A stretch of DNA of 64,000 nt from Candidatus Uhrbacteria bacterium (GCA_018664485.1 JABJOE010000006.1:7294-71293); one strand, 5' to 3'; counted from the stretch's first letter, positions 28,410 to 39,238 are shown. Made by a program: numbers and translations. Notes: generated by a model not told the origin, from the sequence alone.

Positions 28410-29879
28410 ATGGAAGAACATTCAGTAGATTTTTTAAAGAAGAAGTACGACCTTGCCCCATCGCGAAAAAAGGCCCGTCGTCTGCGCTCAACGATGAAAA
28501 TCGTCGGCACAGCACTGGGTCTGATTGCTATCGTGGGTGTGGTCTTTTCTTACAACCTCTCTTCAAACGTAGAAACAACTCCAAACGAAGTCGAAGGATT
28601 TTCCTTATTCTCTTCATTTCGAAACCTTGTTGGCTCTGACGAAAAAGGTCTTATCGGTGAAAATGATGATCGCATCAACCTACTTCTTTTAGGTATCGGT
28701 GGATCAGGACATGCCGGACCGGAGCTAACTGACACTATTATTTTCTCAAGTTTGCAACCGTCAACAAGCGACGTTGCGATGCTATCAATCCCCCGCGACC
28801 TCGCCGTTCCAATCCCAGGATACGGATATCGCAAAATCAACTCAGCGAACGCCTACGGTGAACTCGAAGAAAAAGGACAGGGACCAGAATGGCTATCTAC
28901 CATAATCGAAGATCTTCTCAATCAAGAAGTTCATTACTACGTCAAAGTCGACTTTGATGGATTCGTTGACTTGATCGATGCCGTTGACGGAGTCGATGTC
29001 TACGTAGAAACAGCTTTCACAGACTATACATACCCAACTGATGACTACCTAGTAAAGACCGTAAGCTTCGAGCAGGGCTGGACACATATGGACGGAGAGA
29101 CTGCACTAATGTTTTCACGATCACGACATGGAACTAATGGCGAAGGATCTGACTTTGCACGCGCAGCACGTCAGCAGAAAATTCTTCTCTCGGTAAAAGA
29201 CCAGGTTCTTTCAACTTCAACACTACTTAACCCCGGACGATTAGATCGCGTGATTGAAACTTTCCAAGATAACGTGACTACCAACATGTCATTCTGGGAA
29301 ATGATTAAGCTCGCTCGTTACGCGCCAGACATCGAACTTGAAAATGTTCACTTGAGCGTTCTGGACTCCGGACCAGATAGTCCACTATATTCGACAACGA
29401 TAAACGGCTCATACGTTCTTCTACCAAAACAGGATGATTGGTCTGGGCTCGAAGAAGTTGCAAACAATATATTTGAAGCAGATTCACAGTCTAGTCCAGT
29501 TATCGAAGTGACACCGGAGCTAGAAACAGCACGTGTAGAAATCCAAAATGGTACTGCAGTCTCTGGGCTCGCCTTTCAAGCATCACAAATGCTAACCGGT
29601 ACATCATTTGAAGTTGTCTCAATTGGAAACGCTGACAGCAAAGAATACGAAACTACCATCATTTACGACCTTTCAGGTGGTGAAAAGGATGCAGAACTAG
29701 CTATTTTAAAAGAATTCCTTGAAGCAGACGTATCGATGACCGCGTCAGGTTGGGCCTTCTCAGATGAAGTTGTGCCACGCGAATTGACAGTTATTAGTGA
29801 CGAAGACCAAATCGAAGACGAGGAGGTTGACTTTTTGATCATTTTAGGGCAAAATGCCGAAAATCTTGTATTACGATAG
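28410..29879 (+). CDS. LCP (LytR-CpsA-Psr) family protein with LytR C-terminal domain
   Basis: TM helix, NLLLLG...TDTI...LSIPRD, FSRSRH..DFARAARQQ, VEIQNGT.VSGLA. Confidence 0.93.
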   Translation: MEEHSVDFLKKKYDLAPSRKKARRLRSTMKIVGTALGLIAIVGVVFSYNLSSNVETTPNEVEGFSLFSSFRNLVGSDEKGLIGENDDRINLLLLGIGGSGHAGPELTDTIIFSSLQPSTSDVAMLSIPRDLAVPIPGYGYRKINSANAYGELEEKGQGPEWLSTIIEDLLNQEVHYYVKVDFDGFVDLIDAVDGVDVYVETAFTDYTYPTDDYLVKTVSFEQGWTHMDGETALMFSRSRHGTNGEGSDFARAARQQKILLSVKDQVLSTSTLLNPGRLDRVIETFQDNVTTNMSFWEMIKLARYAPDIELENVHLSVLDSGPDSPLYSTTINGSYVLLPKQDDWSGLEEVANNIFEADSQSSPVIEVTPELETARVEIQNGTAVSGLAFQASQMLTGTSFEVVSIGNADSKEYETTIIYDLSGGEKDAELAILKEFLEADVSMTASGWAFSDEVVPRELTVISDEDQIEDEEVDFLIILGQNAENLVLR

Positions 29880-29972
29880 ATACGCCATTTACCAACATCT
29901 TTTAGTCTATTCGACTAAGGTTGGACTAAAATCGCAAAACGTATAACCAGCCACTAATCTGGCGAAAATTCT

Positions 29973-31403
29973 ATGCACGTAACACCTCCAAAGGTAGTCA
30001 TCGTTGGTCGAACTAACGTTGGTAAGTCTACCCTCTTCAACAAATTGATTGAGGAAAAGAAATCTCTCGTATCCAATATTCCTGGAACGACCCGTGATCG
30101 CTATGAGGCAGATTGTATCTGGCGAGCGGAAGTGACTCGGATAATCGATACAGGTGGACTCGACCGCGAAGCTGTCGACGAAGTTGAAGAGCAGATCGCA
30201 AAACAGGCACGCCTTGCTATTGAGCAAGCTGACCTGTTACTTTTTGTTGTGGACTTGCAGACTGGACTACTTCCGGAAGATCGCTTGCTTGCAAAGGAAT
30301 TGATGGAAGCAAAACAGCCAATTATCGTTGTTGGAAACAAAGCAGATAACTTGGAGATTATCCGTTCAGTAAACGAAAAGGAATGGCATAGCTGGCCACT
30401 TGGAGTGCCCCTCGCAGTTTCTGCATCTCGTGGAACAGGTACCGGAGATTTATTGGATGAAGTTTATAGCGAGTTGAATAAAATCAACAAGCCGCCCGTA
30501 TCCATTTCAGACGTTGCCGCGACGCGAGTAGCTGTGATCGGACGACCGAATGTTGGTAAGTCTTCACTTTTAAATGCGGCACTTGGAGAAACTCGTTTCA
30601 TTACATCTGCAAAAGCCCACACAACTCGTGAGCCTAACGACACACATGTATCCGTCGACGGTCGTGACTACATCCTCGTTGATACTGCTGGTATAAGAAA
30701 GATGGGTCGGATCTACAAAGGAAAATCAAAGCTAGAAATTTCAGGAGTTGAACGATCTAAACGTGCAGCTAAAAAGGCAGACGTAATTCTGTTCGTTGTA
30801 GACGTAGCAAAGAAAATCTCTACACAGGATCGGCACCTTGCAGGAATGGTTCAGGCATCTGGAGCAAGTGCGATCATCATCGCAAACAAATGGGACGTAA
30901 TTCCGGACAAAGAAACAAACACAATCAACGACTACGAAGAAAACTTGCGCGCTCAACTCCCAATGCTTTCATGGGCTCCGATCGTTTTCACAAGTGCCCA
31001 CACTGGTAAACGAGTTCCACACGTATTTGACGTAATCGACACTGTTTTCCAAAACCGATTCACACAGCTTAACAACTTGGAGGCAAAAACATTTATCAGT
31101 CGAGCTATCTCACGACACAAGCCTAGTCGAGGAAAGGGAGTTGCCCATCCACAGGTCAAGTCATTCGTTCAGGCTCATGTGAATCCCCCATCGTTTGAAC
31201 TTCGCATCAACCAGAAACGAGTAGACACTCTGAACATTTCATACTTACGATTCTTGGAAAACCTTCTTCGTAAGTTCTACTCCTTTGACGGAACGCCAAT
31301 TCGTATTAAAATTATTGCAAAGAAGAAGTCACACACAACCACGGCACCAATTGAATCAAATAAACCAAAACGACATGCCGGCACTTATCGTGGGAATCGG
31401 TAA
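29973..31403 (+). CDS. der: Ribosome biogenesis GTPase Der (EngA)
   Basis: Two G domains (GRTNVGKST, GRPNVGKSS; DTGG/DTAG; NKAD/NKWD) and a KH-like tail. Confidence 0.96.
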   Translation: MHVTPPKVVIVGRTNVGKSTLFNKLIEEKKSLVSNIPGTTRDRYEADCIWRAEVTRIIDTGGLDREAVDEVEEQIAKQARLAIEQADLLLFVVDLQTGLLPEDRLLAKELMEAKQPIIVVGNKADNLEIIRSVNEKEWHSWPLGVPLAVSASRGTGTGDLLDEVYSELNKINKPPVSISDVAATRVAVIGRPNVGKSSLLNAALGETRFITSAKAHTTREPNDTHVSVDGRDYILVDTAGIRKMGRIYKGKSKLEISGVERSKRAAKKADVILFVVDVAKKISTQDRHLAGMVQASGASAIIIANKWDVIPDKETNTINDYEENLRAQLPMLSWAPIVFTSAHTGKRVPHVFDVIDTVFQNRFTQLNNLEAKTFISRAISRHKPSRGKGVAHPQVKSFVQAHVNPPSFELRINQKRVDTLNISYLRFLENLLRKFYSFDGTPIRIKIIAKKKSHTTTAPIESNKPKRHAGTYRGNR

Positions 31404-31899
31404 CCCTGGAAAAAAATACGAGAACACGCGACATAACGCGGGGTTCATGGTTGTTGATGCGCTCGCACAACAGTTAGGATGGAATTGGTCAAAAAAGTTT
31501 CTTATAAACGCACTGGTCACTGAGGGAAATATCGACGGACAAAAAGTGATCCTCGCAAAGCCGCAAGCGTTCATGAATCTGTCCGGTCAAGCTACCGGAA
31601 AGTTAGCTAAGAAATATAAAGTTGATCCATCAGACATTGTCGTCGTGTACGATGACGTTGATATAGACCTCGGAAAGCTCCGATGGCGAGACACCGGGTC
31701 AGCCGGAGGGCATAACGGAATGAAGTCGATCATCTCAGTACTCGGCACTCAAGATTTTGGAAGACTGCGAGTAGGAATAGGCGCCGCTGCCGAACATGTA
31801 CCACTCGAAGATCACGTACTTGGAAAGCTATCAAAGAAAGAAAAAGAACAGTTGCCAATTGATGAAGCGACAGCAATGCTTCTAGAGAAAGCCGCCTAA
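31375..31899 (+). CDS. pth: Peptidyl-tRNA hydrolase
   Basis: LIVGIGNPG..Y..TRHNAGF, FMNLSG, GGHNG, RLRVGIG. Start moved to ATG 31375, overlapping der by 29 nt. Confidence 0.95.
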   Translation: MPALIVGIGNPGKKYENTRHNAGFMVVDALAQQLGWNWSKKFLINALVTEGNIDGQKVILAKPQAFMNLSGQATGKLAKKYKVDPSDIVVVYDDVDIDLGKLRWRDTGSAGGHNGMKSIISVLGTQDFGRLRVGIGAAAEHVPLEDHVLGKLSKKEKEQLPIDEATAMLLEKAA

Positions 31900-31917
31900 G
31901 TGGCGGTTTTTTCTTTT
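31888..31917 (+). terminator. Intrinsic terminator overlapping the pth stop
   Basis: AAAGCCGCC-TAAGT-GGCGGTTTTTT. Confidence 0.75.
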
Positions 31918-32053
31918 GCATAAACGTCACCACCCTTGACACAAAGCCAGCGAGTCAGTTTTTCTCCATGATACAATTAACATACAGTAAAAATTTATTA
32001 AGTCCTCCCTACAGCTACCCAGCTGTATTTTTTATTTCAAACACCCTCATAGT

Positions 32054-32923
32054 ATGAACTCAGAAAAAAAGTTTAAAACAGTTAACCTTAATGACAATAC
32101 ATACCCAGCCCTTTTAAAAGAAATATTCGACCCGCCTCCGACATTAATGACGAAAGGCGTAATGCCCGATATAAAACGACCACATCTTGCAGTCGTCGGG
32201 TCTCGCAAAGCAAGCCCCTACGGCAAAGAAGCTACTAGATCACTCGTAGGTGCTCTGGCTCGAGCCGGCGTCGTTATTGTGAGCGGTCTTGCATATGGAA
32301 TCGATCAGGCAGCCCACAAAGCTACAATGGACGCAGGTGGAACAACAGTCGCAGTCCTTGGGTTTGGTATAGATTTTAAATGCACTTACCGAGAACAGAA
32401 ACTTCGTGACAACATAATAAAATCAAACGGCGCGATCATAAGCGAGTTTCAACCAAAAGAACCTGGTCACAAATCAAACTTTCCAAAACGTAATCGAGTT
32501 ATATCCGGAATATGCCAAGGTACTCTAATCATAGAAGCGGCCGAGCGAAGTGGATCACTTATTACAGCACGCATGGCAATGCAACAAAATCGTGATGTTT
32601 TTGCAGTACCGGGCCCAATTACCTCCCAGACATCAAAAGGAACCAACAACTTACTAAAAGACGGCGCCTTCCCAGTTACATGTGCAAAAGACATATTACG
32701 AATACTAGGAGTCGAAGTATCAGACAAAAAACCATCACAGGTGCCAAACCTATCCGCGCCGGAAAACACAATCCTAAACACTCTTTCAGACAAACCTACA
32801 CATATCGACGATATTGCACGCGCGAATAATAGCCCAATTAACGTTATAGCCGTACTACTCACAAGCCTTGAAATAGCTGGACATATTAAAGATATCGGCG
32901 GAGGCAACTTTGTGATAAAATGA
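32054..32923 (+). CDS. dprA: DNA processing protein DprA
   Basis: AVVGSR, IVSGLAYGID..AH, FPKRNRVISG, SGSLITA, winged-helix tail. Confidence 0.96.
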   Translation: MNSEKKFKTVNLNDNTYPALLKEIFDPPPTLMTKGVMPDIKRPHLAVVGSRKASPYGKEATRSLVGALARAGVVIVSGLAYGIDQAAHKATMDAGGTTVAVLGFGIDFKCTYREQKLRDNIIKSNGAIISEFQPKEPGHKSNFPKRNRVISGICQGTLIIEAAERSGSLITARMAMQQNRDVFAVPGPITSQTSKGTNNLLKDGAFPVTCAKDILRILGVEVSDKKPSQVPNLSAPENTILNTLSDKPTHIDDIARANNSPINVIAVLLTSLEIAGHIKDIGGGNFVIK

Positions 32924-32950
32924 ACTGGTAAATGATACGTTTAAGAAGTT

Positions 32951-34228
32951 ATGGATCCCTACCAAGCAGCCTACGAGCGGCTTCTTTCGCTCAACAACCT
33001 GGTCTTAAAGCCTTATACAGACTCACCAAAAGAACTACGCGCATCGCTCAAACGCATGCGTGCCTTTTTAGACCATATAGGCGCACCAGACGAAAAGATG
33101 CAGATCATCCATGTTGCCGGTACAAGCGGAAAAGGATCTGTCACCTCTATGCTTCGCTCAATCCTACATACAAGCGGACAGACTGTCGGAAGCTACATCT
33201 CCCCACATACAACCACATACCTGGAACGCTTCTCAGTTGGCGACAAATTAATAAGTCCAGACACACTAACGGAAGCCATCAATAACGTTTTAGATCTATA
33301 CACAACATTCTTAAAAAAAGAACCGGTACCGCTTTCATTCTTTGAACTATCCACAGCAATAGCACTATACGCATTTGCTTCGAACAAAATAAAATGGTGC
33401 GTACTTGAAACTGGTTGCGGCGGACGTTTTGATGCTACCAATGTCATTTCCACCCCTCGCGTTGCTATCATTACAAATATCGGCAAAGATCATACTCATA
33501 TTTTAGGCAACTCACTCACACATATTGCGCGAGCAAAAGCTGGAATCATAAAAAAGAACGGTGTAGTTTTCTGTGGAGAAATGCGGCCAGCTATTCGTAA
33601 GGTTTTCATGAAAGAAGCGATCAAACACTCAGCAGCGCTATTCTTCGTTCACCCCCCTTATCAAAATCTACTGCCAGAAAGTTTTGGCGCACACCAGCAG
33701 CACAATGCAGCGATCGCAATGTCAGCGGCAGAAGAAATCGGTATCCCCCAAGACACAATACAAAAAGCATTTTCTTCTCTCATGCTCCCGCCTTGTCGAT
33801 ATGAGACAATTCAAGATAGCCCACGCGTTATAATAGACGGCGCCCACTCCCCCGTGAAGGTAAAGGCGCTCGTTAAACAACTCGAAAAAATCGAAGGACC
33901 GATCCATGTTCTTTTTGCATGCACCGGAACAAAGGAATGTAAGCCAATGATCGAACAGCTAGCGAAGGTAGCAGACCGCGTCACAACAACCCGTTTCACA
34001 ACAGGGTTCCGAAAAGTCGCGAATCCGTTTGAACTTATTAAACTCGTTGGAAAGAGAAAACGAGCGGGTTCATACCTTGAGCCGTTCGAAGCTCTTGGTG
34101 AAGCTCTCAAATCTACAAAAAAGGGAGAAACATTAGTAATCACTGGATCCCTATATCTATGTGGAGAACTGCGTCAATACTGGATTTCAGAAAGTGATAT
34201 TTTAAAACACCAGACATCAAGGCCATAA
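32951..34228 (+). CDS. folC: Folylpolyglutamate synthase/dihydrofolate synthase family
   Basis: IHVAGTSGKGS, SPH...ER, ETGCGGRFDATN, DH..LG, DGAH, TGSLYL. Confidence 0.9.
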   Translation: MDPYQAAYERLLSLNNLVLKPYTDSPKELRASLKRMRAFLDHIGAPDEKMQIIHVAGTSGKGSVTSMLRSILHTSGQTVGSYISPHTTTYLERFSVGDKLISPDTLTEAINNVLDLYTTFLKKEPVPLSFFELSTAIALYAFASNKIKWCVLETGCGGRFDATNVISTPRVAIITNIGKDHTHILGNSLTHIARAKAGIIKKNGVVFCGEMRPAIRKVFMKEAIKHSAALFFVHPPYQNLLPESFGAHQQHNAAIAMSAAEEIGIPQDTIQKAFSSLMLPPCRYETIQDSPRVIIDGAHSPVKVKALVKQLEKIEGPIHVLFACTGTKECKPMIEQLAKVADRVTTTRFTTGFRKVANPFELIKLVGKRKRAGSYLEPFEALGEALKSTKKGETLVITGSLYLCGELRQYWISESDILKHQTSRP

Positions 34229-34314
34229 TCTCAGCGTTTGACAACTATATAGGGTCTACTGCATTATGCGCCCCATAATCCTAAAAGTGCTGAATTGAGC
34301 CAAATACGCCCGAT

Positions 34315-36660
34315 ATGAAACGTCTCCTTATTGTAGAGTCGCCTACCAAGGCCAAAACAATCAAAAAGTTCCTCGGGTCAGATTACGAGGTAACTTCTTC
34401 TTTTGGGCATATTCGTGATCTTCCTCGAAAGGAGATGGGAGTAGACATGGATAACAAATTTGAGCCTACATACGTTGTTCCAGACAATAAGAAGAAACGA
34501 GTAGCTGATCTAAAACGAGCCGCAAAAGGAGTAGACGAAATCTATCTAGCGACTGATGAAGACCGGGAAGGAGAAGCGATCGCTTGGCATATTGCTGAGA
34601 TTTTGAAAATCAAAACAGAAGACATTAAGCGCATCACATTCCACGAAATTACAAAGCACGCGATTGAGCACGCACTGACAGAAGCTAAGGGGCTGGCGAT
34701 GCCTGTTGTTGAAGCCCAGCAAACTCGCCGCATCCTAGACCGTCTCGTTGGATACGAGTTGTCTCCATTCCTATGGAGCAAGGTACGTCGTGGTCTTTCT
34801 GCTGGTCGTGTGCAATCTGTATGTGTACGCCTTGTTGTAGAACGTGAACGTGAACGAAATGCTTTTGACCAAGATGAGTACTGGACTATAGAAGGACTAT
34901 TTGAGACAGGTACGGCTGTCATGGAAGGAAAGCTTAATGCTGTCGATGGTGAAAAGTTGAAGAAACTTTCAATCGGGACTGAAGCTGCTGCGGCAAAGAT
35001 AATTGACGACCTTAAAGGTGCTAGTTTTACAGTTGATGCAATCACAAAAAAGCAGGCATCTCGAAAACCACCTAAACCTCTCACAACATCTTCCCTTCAG
35101 CAGGAAGCGAACAACAAACTTGGTTTCTCTGCAAAACAAACAATGACGCTAGCGCAGAAACTATATGAAACAGGTCGCATCACTTACATGCGTACCGACT
35201 CTTTGAACCTAGCTGACAAATTCCTAGGCGAAGCACAGAGCTACATCAAAGCAACTTTTGGAGATAACTACGCAACCGGTGCGCAAACATACAAAACAAA
35301 AAAGAAAGGGGCACAGGAAGCTCATGAAGCTATCCGCCCAACAGACCCAAGCTTGCATCCGGACAAACTACAAGCTGAGCTTGAAGCTGGTCAGTGGAAA
35401 CTTTACAACCTTATTTGGCGCCGAACGCTCGCAACACAATTCCCTCCAGCAAAGCTCGAAAGTACTGCAATCGACCTTCTTGCAAAGACATATAACTTCC
35501 GAGCAAATGGTAGCGTTATCGTGTTCGACGGATTCATGAAGATCTATAAGAGCGCAAAGGAAACCATCCTGCCAGAGCTTAAAAAAGGTGATGATGTAAA
35601 AGCTCAGTCTATTACGCCAGAGCAGCACTTCACACAGCCACCAGGTCGCTATTCAGACGCGACACTTGTCAAAGTACTTGAAGAGCATGGTATTGGTCGG
35701 CCGTCTACCTACGCCCCAACAATCAGTACGGTGATTGATCGTGGTTACGTAGATCGTGATGACAATAAAAAGCTCTTCCCTACTGACACGGCATATATCG
35801 TGACAGATCTTTTAGTGGAGCACTTTCCAAATATCGTAAACCTGGAATTTACTGCAACAATGGAACGAACGCTCGATGAAATTGCTGAGGGAACCGTTCA
35901 CCGTGTTCCAACGCTCGAAGCATTCTACGGACCATTCCACAAAAACCTACAAAGCAAAACAAAAGAAATTACATATGCTGACGTTGTAAAAGAACGTGAG
36001 CTTGGAGCCGACCCTGAATCAGGAAAAATGATCGTTGTAAAAACCGGACGTTTCGGTCCATACGTTCAACTTGGAGAATGGTCTGAGGAAGATAGAAAAG
36101 AAAAGATCAACAAGCCGAAGATGGCCTCTCTCATGAAAGACATGGATATGGAGACCGTGAAGCTTGAAGAAGTTCTAAAACTCTTTACCCTTCCACGTAC
36201 TGTCGGACAATTGGAAGATGGTACACCAATCACTGCACAAACCGGACCTTACGGACCATATCTGAAAGCCGGGAAAACAAATGCATCAATCGAAGAACCC
36301 CAGCTATTTAGTCTCGATGAAAAAGAAGCACGAGAGCTCATTATCGAAACTGCAAAAAAGAAAGCGGAGATGATGAAACCTTTGGCTGAACTTGGAGCAG
36401 ATACCGTGAGTGGCGAACCAATCGTCGTTAAAAACGGTCGTTTTGGCCCGTACGTAACTGACGGAAAAACAAACGCATCTATCTCAAAAAAGATTGACCC
36501 CATGACGGTCACACTTGAGATGGCGACTGAAATGCTTATCAAAAAACGTGAGCGGCAAGCAAAGAAAGGTGGTGCTAAAAAAGGAGAACCGAAAGCCAAA
36601 CCACTAAAGAAGAAAACTACAAAGAAAAAATCTACAGCAAAGAAAAAGAAGAAGGCCTAA
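34315..36660 (+). CDS. topA: DNA topoisomerase I with non-zinc C-terminal repeats and a Lys-rich tail
   Basis: IVESPTKAKTI, ATDEDREGEAI, SAGRVQS, ITYMRTDS, GIGRPST; C-terminal GRFGPY repeats. Confidence 0.97.
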   Translation: MKRLLIVESPTKAKTIKKFLGSDYEVTSSFGHIRDLPRKEMGVDMDNKFEPTYVVPDNKKKRVADLKRAAKGVDEIYLATDEDREGEAIAWHIAEILKIKTEDIKRITFHEITKHAIEHALTEAKGLAMPVVEAQQTRRILDRLVGYELSPFLWSKVRRGLSAGRVQSVCVRLVVERERERNAFDQDEYWTIEGLFETGTAVMEGKLNAVDGEKLKKLSIGTEAAAAKIIDDLKGASFTVDAITKKQASRKPPKPLTTSSLQQEANNKLGFSAKQTMTLAQKLYETGRITYMRTDSLNLADKFLGEAQSYIKATFGDNYATGAQTYKTKKKGAQEAHEAIRPTDPSLHPDKLQAELEAGQWKLYNLIWRRTLATQFPPAKLESTAIDLLAKTYNFRANGSVIVFDGFMKIYKSAKETILPELKKGDDVKAQSITPEQHFTQPPGRYSDATLVKVLEEHGIGRPSTYAPTISTVIDRGYVDRDDNKKLFPTDTAYIVTDLLVEHFPNIVNLEFTATMERTLDEIAEGTVHRVPTLEAFYGPFHKNLQSKTKEITYADVVKERELGADPESGKMIVVKTGRFGPYVQLGEWSEEDRKEKINKPKMASLMKDMDMETVKLEEVLKLFTLPRTVGQLEDGTPITAQTGPYGPYLKAGKTNASIEEPQLFSLDEKEARELIIETAKKKAEMMKPLAELGADTVSGEPIVVKNGRFGPYVTDGKTNASISKKIDPMTVTLEMATEMLIKKRERQAKKGGAKKGEPKAKPLKKKTTKKKSTAKKKKKA

Positions 36661-36677
36661 GCGGCCTTCTTCTTTTT
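36643..36677. terminator. Probable bidirectional terminator formed inside two convergent gene ends
   Basis: Perfect 15-bp stem AAAAAGAAGAAGGCC-TAAGC-GGCCTTCTTCTTTTT. Confidence 0.65.
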
Positions 36678-39140
36678 TGCAGGTTTTTTATCAACTTTCT
36701 TTACCGGTTTCTTCTTAGGCTTCTTACCCCATCTCGCATTACGAGCGTCATCGCGTGACTCTTTCGCCCCCTTACCGTCATCGCGTATCTCTTTCGCCTC
36801 CTTACCTTCACCAGATACGCTACCCAACAGATCAGCGCCAATGTCGGTGGCACCGCCCAACAGATCAGCACCTATATCAGCAATATCTTCCTGTACATTG
36901 CCCCAGTTTTTATCTATTTCTTCATTACCCTTTGAAACAGCTGTAATACTTTTATCTTGTTGACCTACAAGCTCCAGAGCGCCTTCTTTCAAGAAATTCC
37001 ACATGGACTTAGCAGCCATTCTAGTAGAGTTCAATCCAATTTTTACAGAATTATAGGCAGCACTCAAACCTACTCTTGCCCCTTTAACACCGCTCTTGAG
37101 AACAAATCCTGAACCCGCTAAACCAACTGTAGCTACCGCCGGAATCCTACCTACAGCCTTAACAGCCGTCTCTTCACCTGATTCATTTAGTTTTTTTAAT
37201 TTATCATAATGAATAGACGCTTCCAACTGCTTAATTGCGCCTCGCGGATCTTGCTCATATAAATCCCTACGAGATTCCATCCATGACTCTGCATCATCCT
37301 CCGACATACCCGACTCAATCATCATAGCAACCGCCATAACGCCAAGAGCCTCAAGCCGTTTAGGTCCCGTAATATCTCCAAGTTCACGAATATTCTCATC
37401 ATTACTCTCTTTTTCCAATGCCGCATCACGATCCTCTTTACTTAATCCACGCATCCTCTCTCTGAAATTTTGAAGTCTATCAGCGTCAATACCACGAGCC
37501 TCCTTACGATCGGTCAACTCCATCATCTTTAATTCAAATTTGCTATCTTCATCATCTGGGTTAAAAAGTGAACGTTCACCACCCCTCTCAATAACACCGG
37601 GTGCAACCTCATCAAGTCCAAGCGCCAAAGGAATATCCCCTCCGGACGTACCATCAGGAGATTGTAAATATGAAGGCACCTCAGGCTCCTCATCACTGGT
37701 CAATGCTTCCCAATCATCTGCAAGATCTTGTTCATCAAGTGAGAAACTCTCGGCCTCAGGCTTAGCAACGGGTTTCTCACTATTCCTCTCTAACGCCTCT
37801 ATCCGGTCAAGTGCCTCTTGCTCGTTATCAGGGCTGGTATTTACTTCCAACGCATTCCATTGATCAAGGATATCGTTCCCACTCGAATTAGTGGAAGTGC
37901 TAGCAACGGCCACATCGCCCGAACCGGTCGATGGTTCATCTTCATCTATGTCGTCTATTGTGTCATCACCACCCTCGATATCATCCATTGTCTCATAATC
38001 TTCGTCATCAAGAGAATCCTGAGATAACCCACCTTCCTCACCATCTAAAATATCATCATTAATCTCCTCGCTAGGTGAGGGATCAGTTCCTTCATCTATA
38101 TCATCCAATATATCGTCATTTGATGTTTCCCCACCTTCAATATCATCGCCCTCATCGTCAAGGATGTCATCATTTGAAAACTCGCCATTACCTACCGACA
38201 CTTCAGTGCCACTAGTAACCGCCTCGGCAATGTCAGAAGCCGCTTCGCCTCCCGTAGGTACTGACGATTCAACGCCAGAATCAACCGGCTCGCCACTAGG
38301 ATTCGATATTTCATTCATACTCTCAATTTTTGCAGCTAAATCAGCTCCCGCGCTAACTGCTTCGGCGACTATCTCAGCTGTACCTGAAGCTGCCGCTACC
38401 TCAACGACTCCCGCGCCAAGAACCTCACTTGCGACGTCCGCGCCAGCCCCGCCACCTTCAACTACAATACCCTCCTTAGCTCCACTAGTCCCCGATCCCA
38501 AAACACTGTCGATCACAACATCTGCGCCCGTCTCGATATTTTCTATACTAGCGCTAGGTTCCGGAGTGGCATCAACACCTTTATTCCTACCAGTAATCCT
38601 TACGGGAGGATCTTCCGATCCCGCAGGAGCTCTATTCTCTTCTCGTTGTGCTACGGCTACATGACCTTCATCCTCTCGCAAACCCTTAACAGAATCTTTA
38701 CGATGAGCCTCTTGAACATTAGAACCACGATCAGAATCTTGAGCCATCACGTCAGCTACATCCTGGTTACTATCCGCCCCCTCTTCCTGCTCTTCTTGCG
38801 CGTCAAGCTTAACAAACTCTGCCTCGCGAGCCTCGCCAATTCTATCTTTCTCATCCAATTCGTCTGAGCTTCTCGTATCCTCGTAAACACCTTTCATAAG
38901 GTCTTCATGAGAAGGAGGATTGCCCCAGTTTTCAACAATTTTTCCTTTTATTTTTCTTACCACAACTAAATCAACAGCTTTCGATGCGGCGACCTCCTCT
39001 CCAAGCACAGCAAGCTGTTCACTTATTTGCTTCTCTTGCTCAGCAAGCTCGCCAGCGCTAACCTCAGGTTGCTCTCTACCACCCTCAATTTTTTTCACCG
39101 CTTCAATTGTACCGTCTTCAGATCCTTCTACCATATACAT
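36657..39140 (-). CDS. Hypothetical acidic low-complexity protein (827 aa)
   Basis: Long ORF; D/E-rich centre with NDDILD repeats, helical C-terminal region, Lys-rich tail. Confidence 0.7.
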   Translation of the reverse strand: MYMVEGSEDGTIEAVKKIEGGREQPEVSAGELAEQEKQISEQLAVLGEEVAASKAVDLVVVRKIKGKIVENWGNPPSHEDLMKGVYEDTRSSDELDEKDRIGEAREAEFVKLDAQEEQEEGADSNQDVADVMAQDSDRGSNVQEAHRKDSVKGLREDEGHVAVAQREENRAPAGSEDPPVRITGRNKGVDATPEPSASIENIETGADVVIDSVLGSGTSGAKEGIVVEGGGAGADVASEVLGAGVVEVAAASGTAEIVAEAVSAGADLAAKIESMNEISNPSGEPVDSGVESSVPTGGEAASDIAEAVTSGTEVSVGNGEFSNDDILDDEGDDIEGGETSNDDILDDIDEGTDPSPSEEINDDILDGEEGGLSQDSLDDEDYETMDDIEGGDDTIDDIDEDEPSTGSGDVAVASTSTNSSGNDILDQWNALEVNTSPDNEQEALDRIEALERNSEKPVAKPEAESFSLDEQDLADDWEALTSDEEPEVPSYLQSPDGTSGGDIPLALGLDEVAPGVIERGGERSLFNPDDEDSKFELKMMELTDRKEARGIDADRLQNFRERMRGLSKEDRDAALEKESNDENIRELGDITGPKRLEALGVMAVAMMIESGMSEDDAESWMESRRDLYEQDPRGAIKQLEASIHYDKLKKLNESGEETAVKAVGRIPAVATVGLAGSGFVLKSGVKGARVGLSAAYNSVKIGLNSTRMAAKSMWNFLKEGALELVGQQDKSITAVSKGNEEIDKNWGNVQEDIADIGADLLGGATDIGADLLGSVSGEGKEAKEIRDDGKGAKESRDDARNARWGKKPKKKPVKKVDKKPAKKKKAA

Positions 39141-39238
39141 ACATTCTATCTGATCTTGCCCACCTCGACAATCTCTCAGTACCCCATGCCATACCCTAAA
39201 AACTTGTCCGAGAATGTCCTTAGGGTTACTCTATTAGT

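Noticed and set aside
28139-28639. 166-aa ORF overlapping the LCP start
   Set aside because: Spans the A-rich divergent promoter region and overlaps the LCP gene out of frame.
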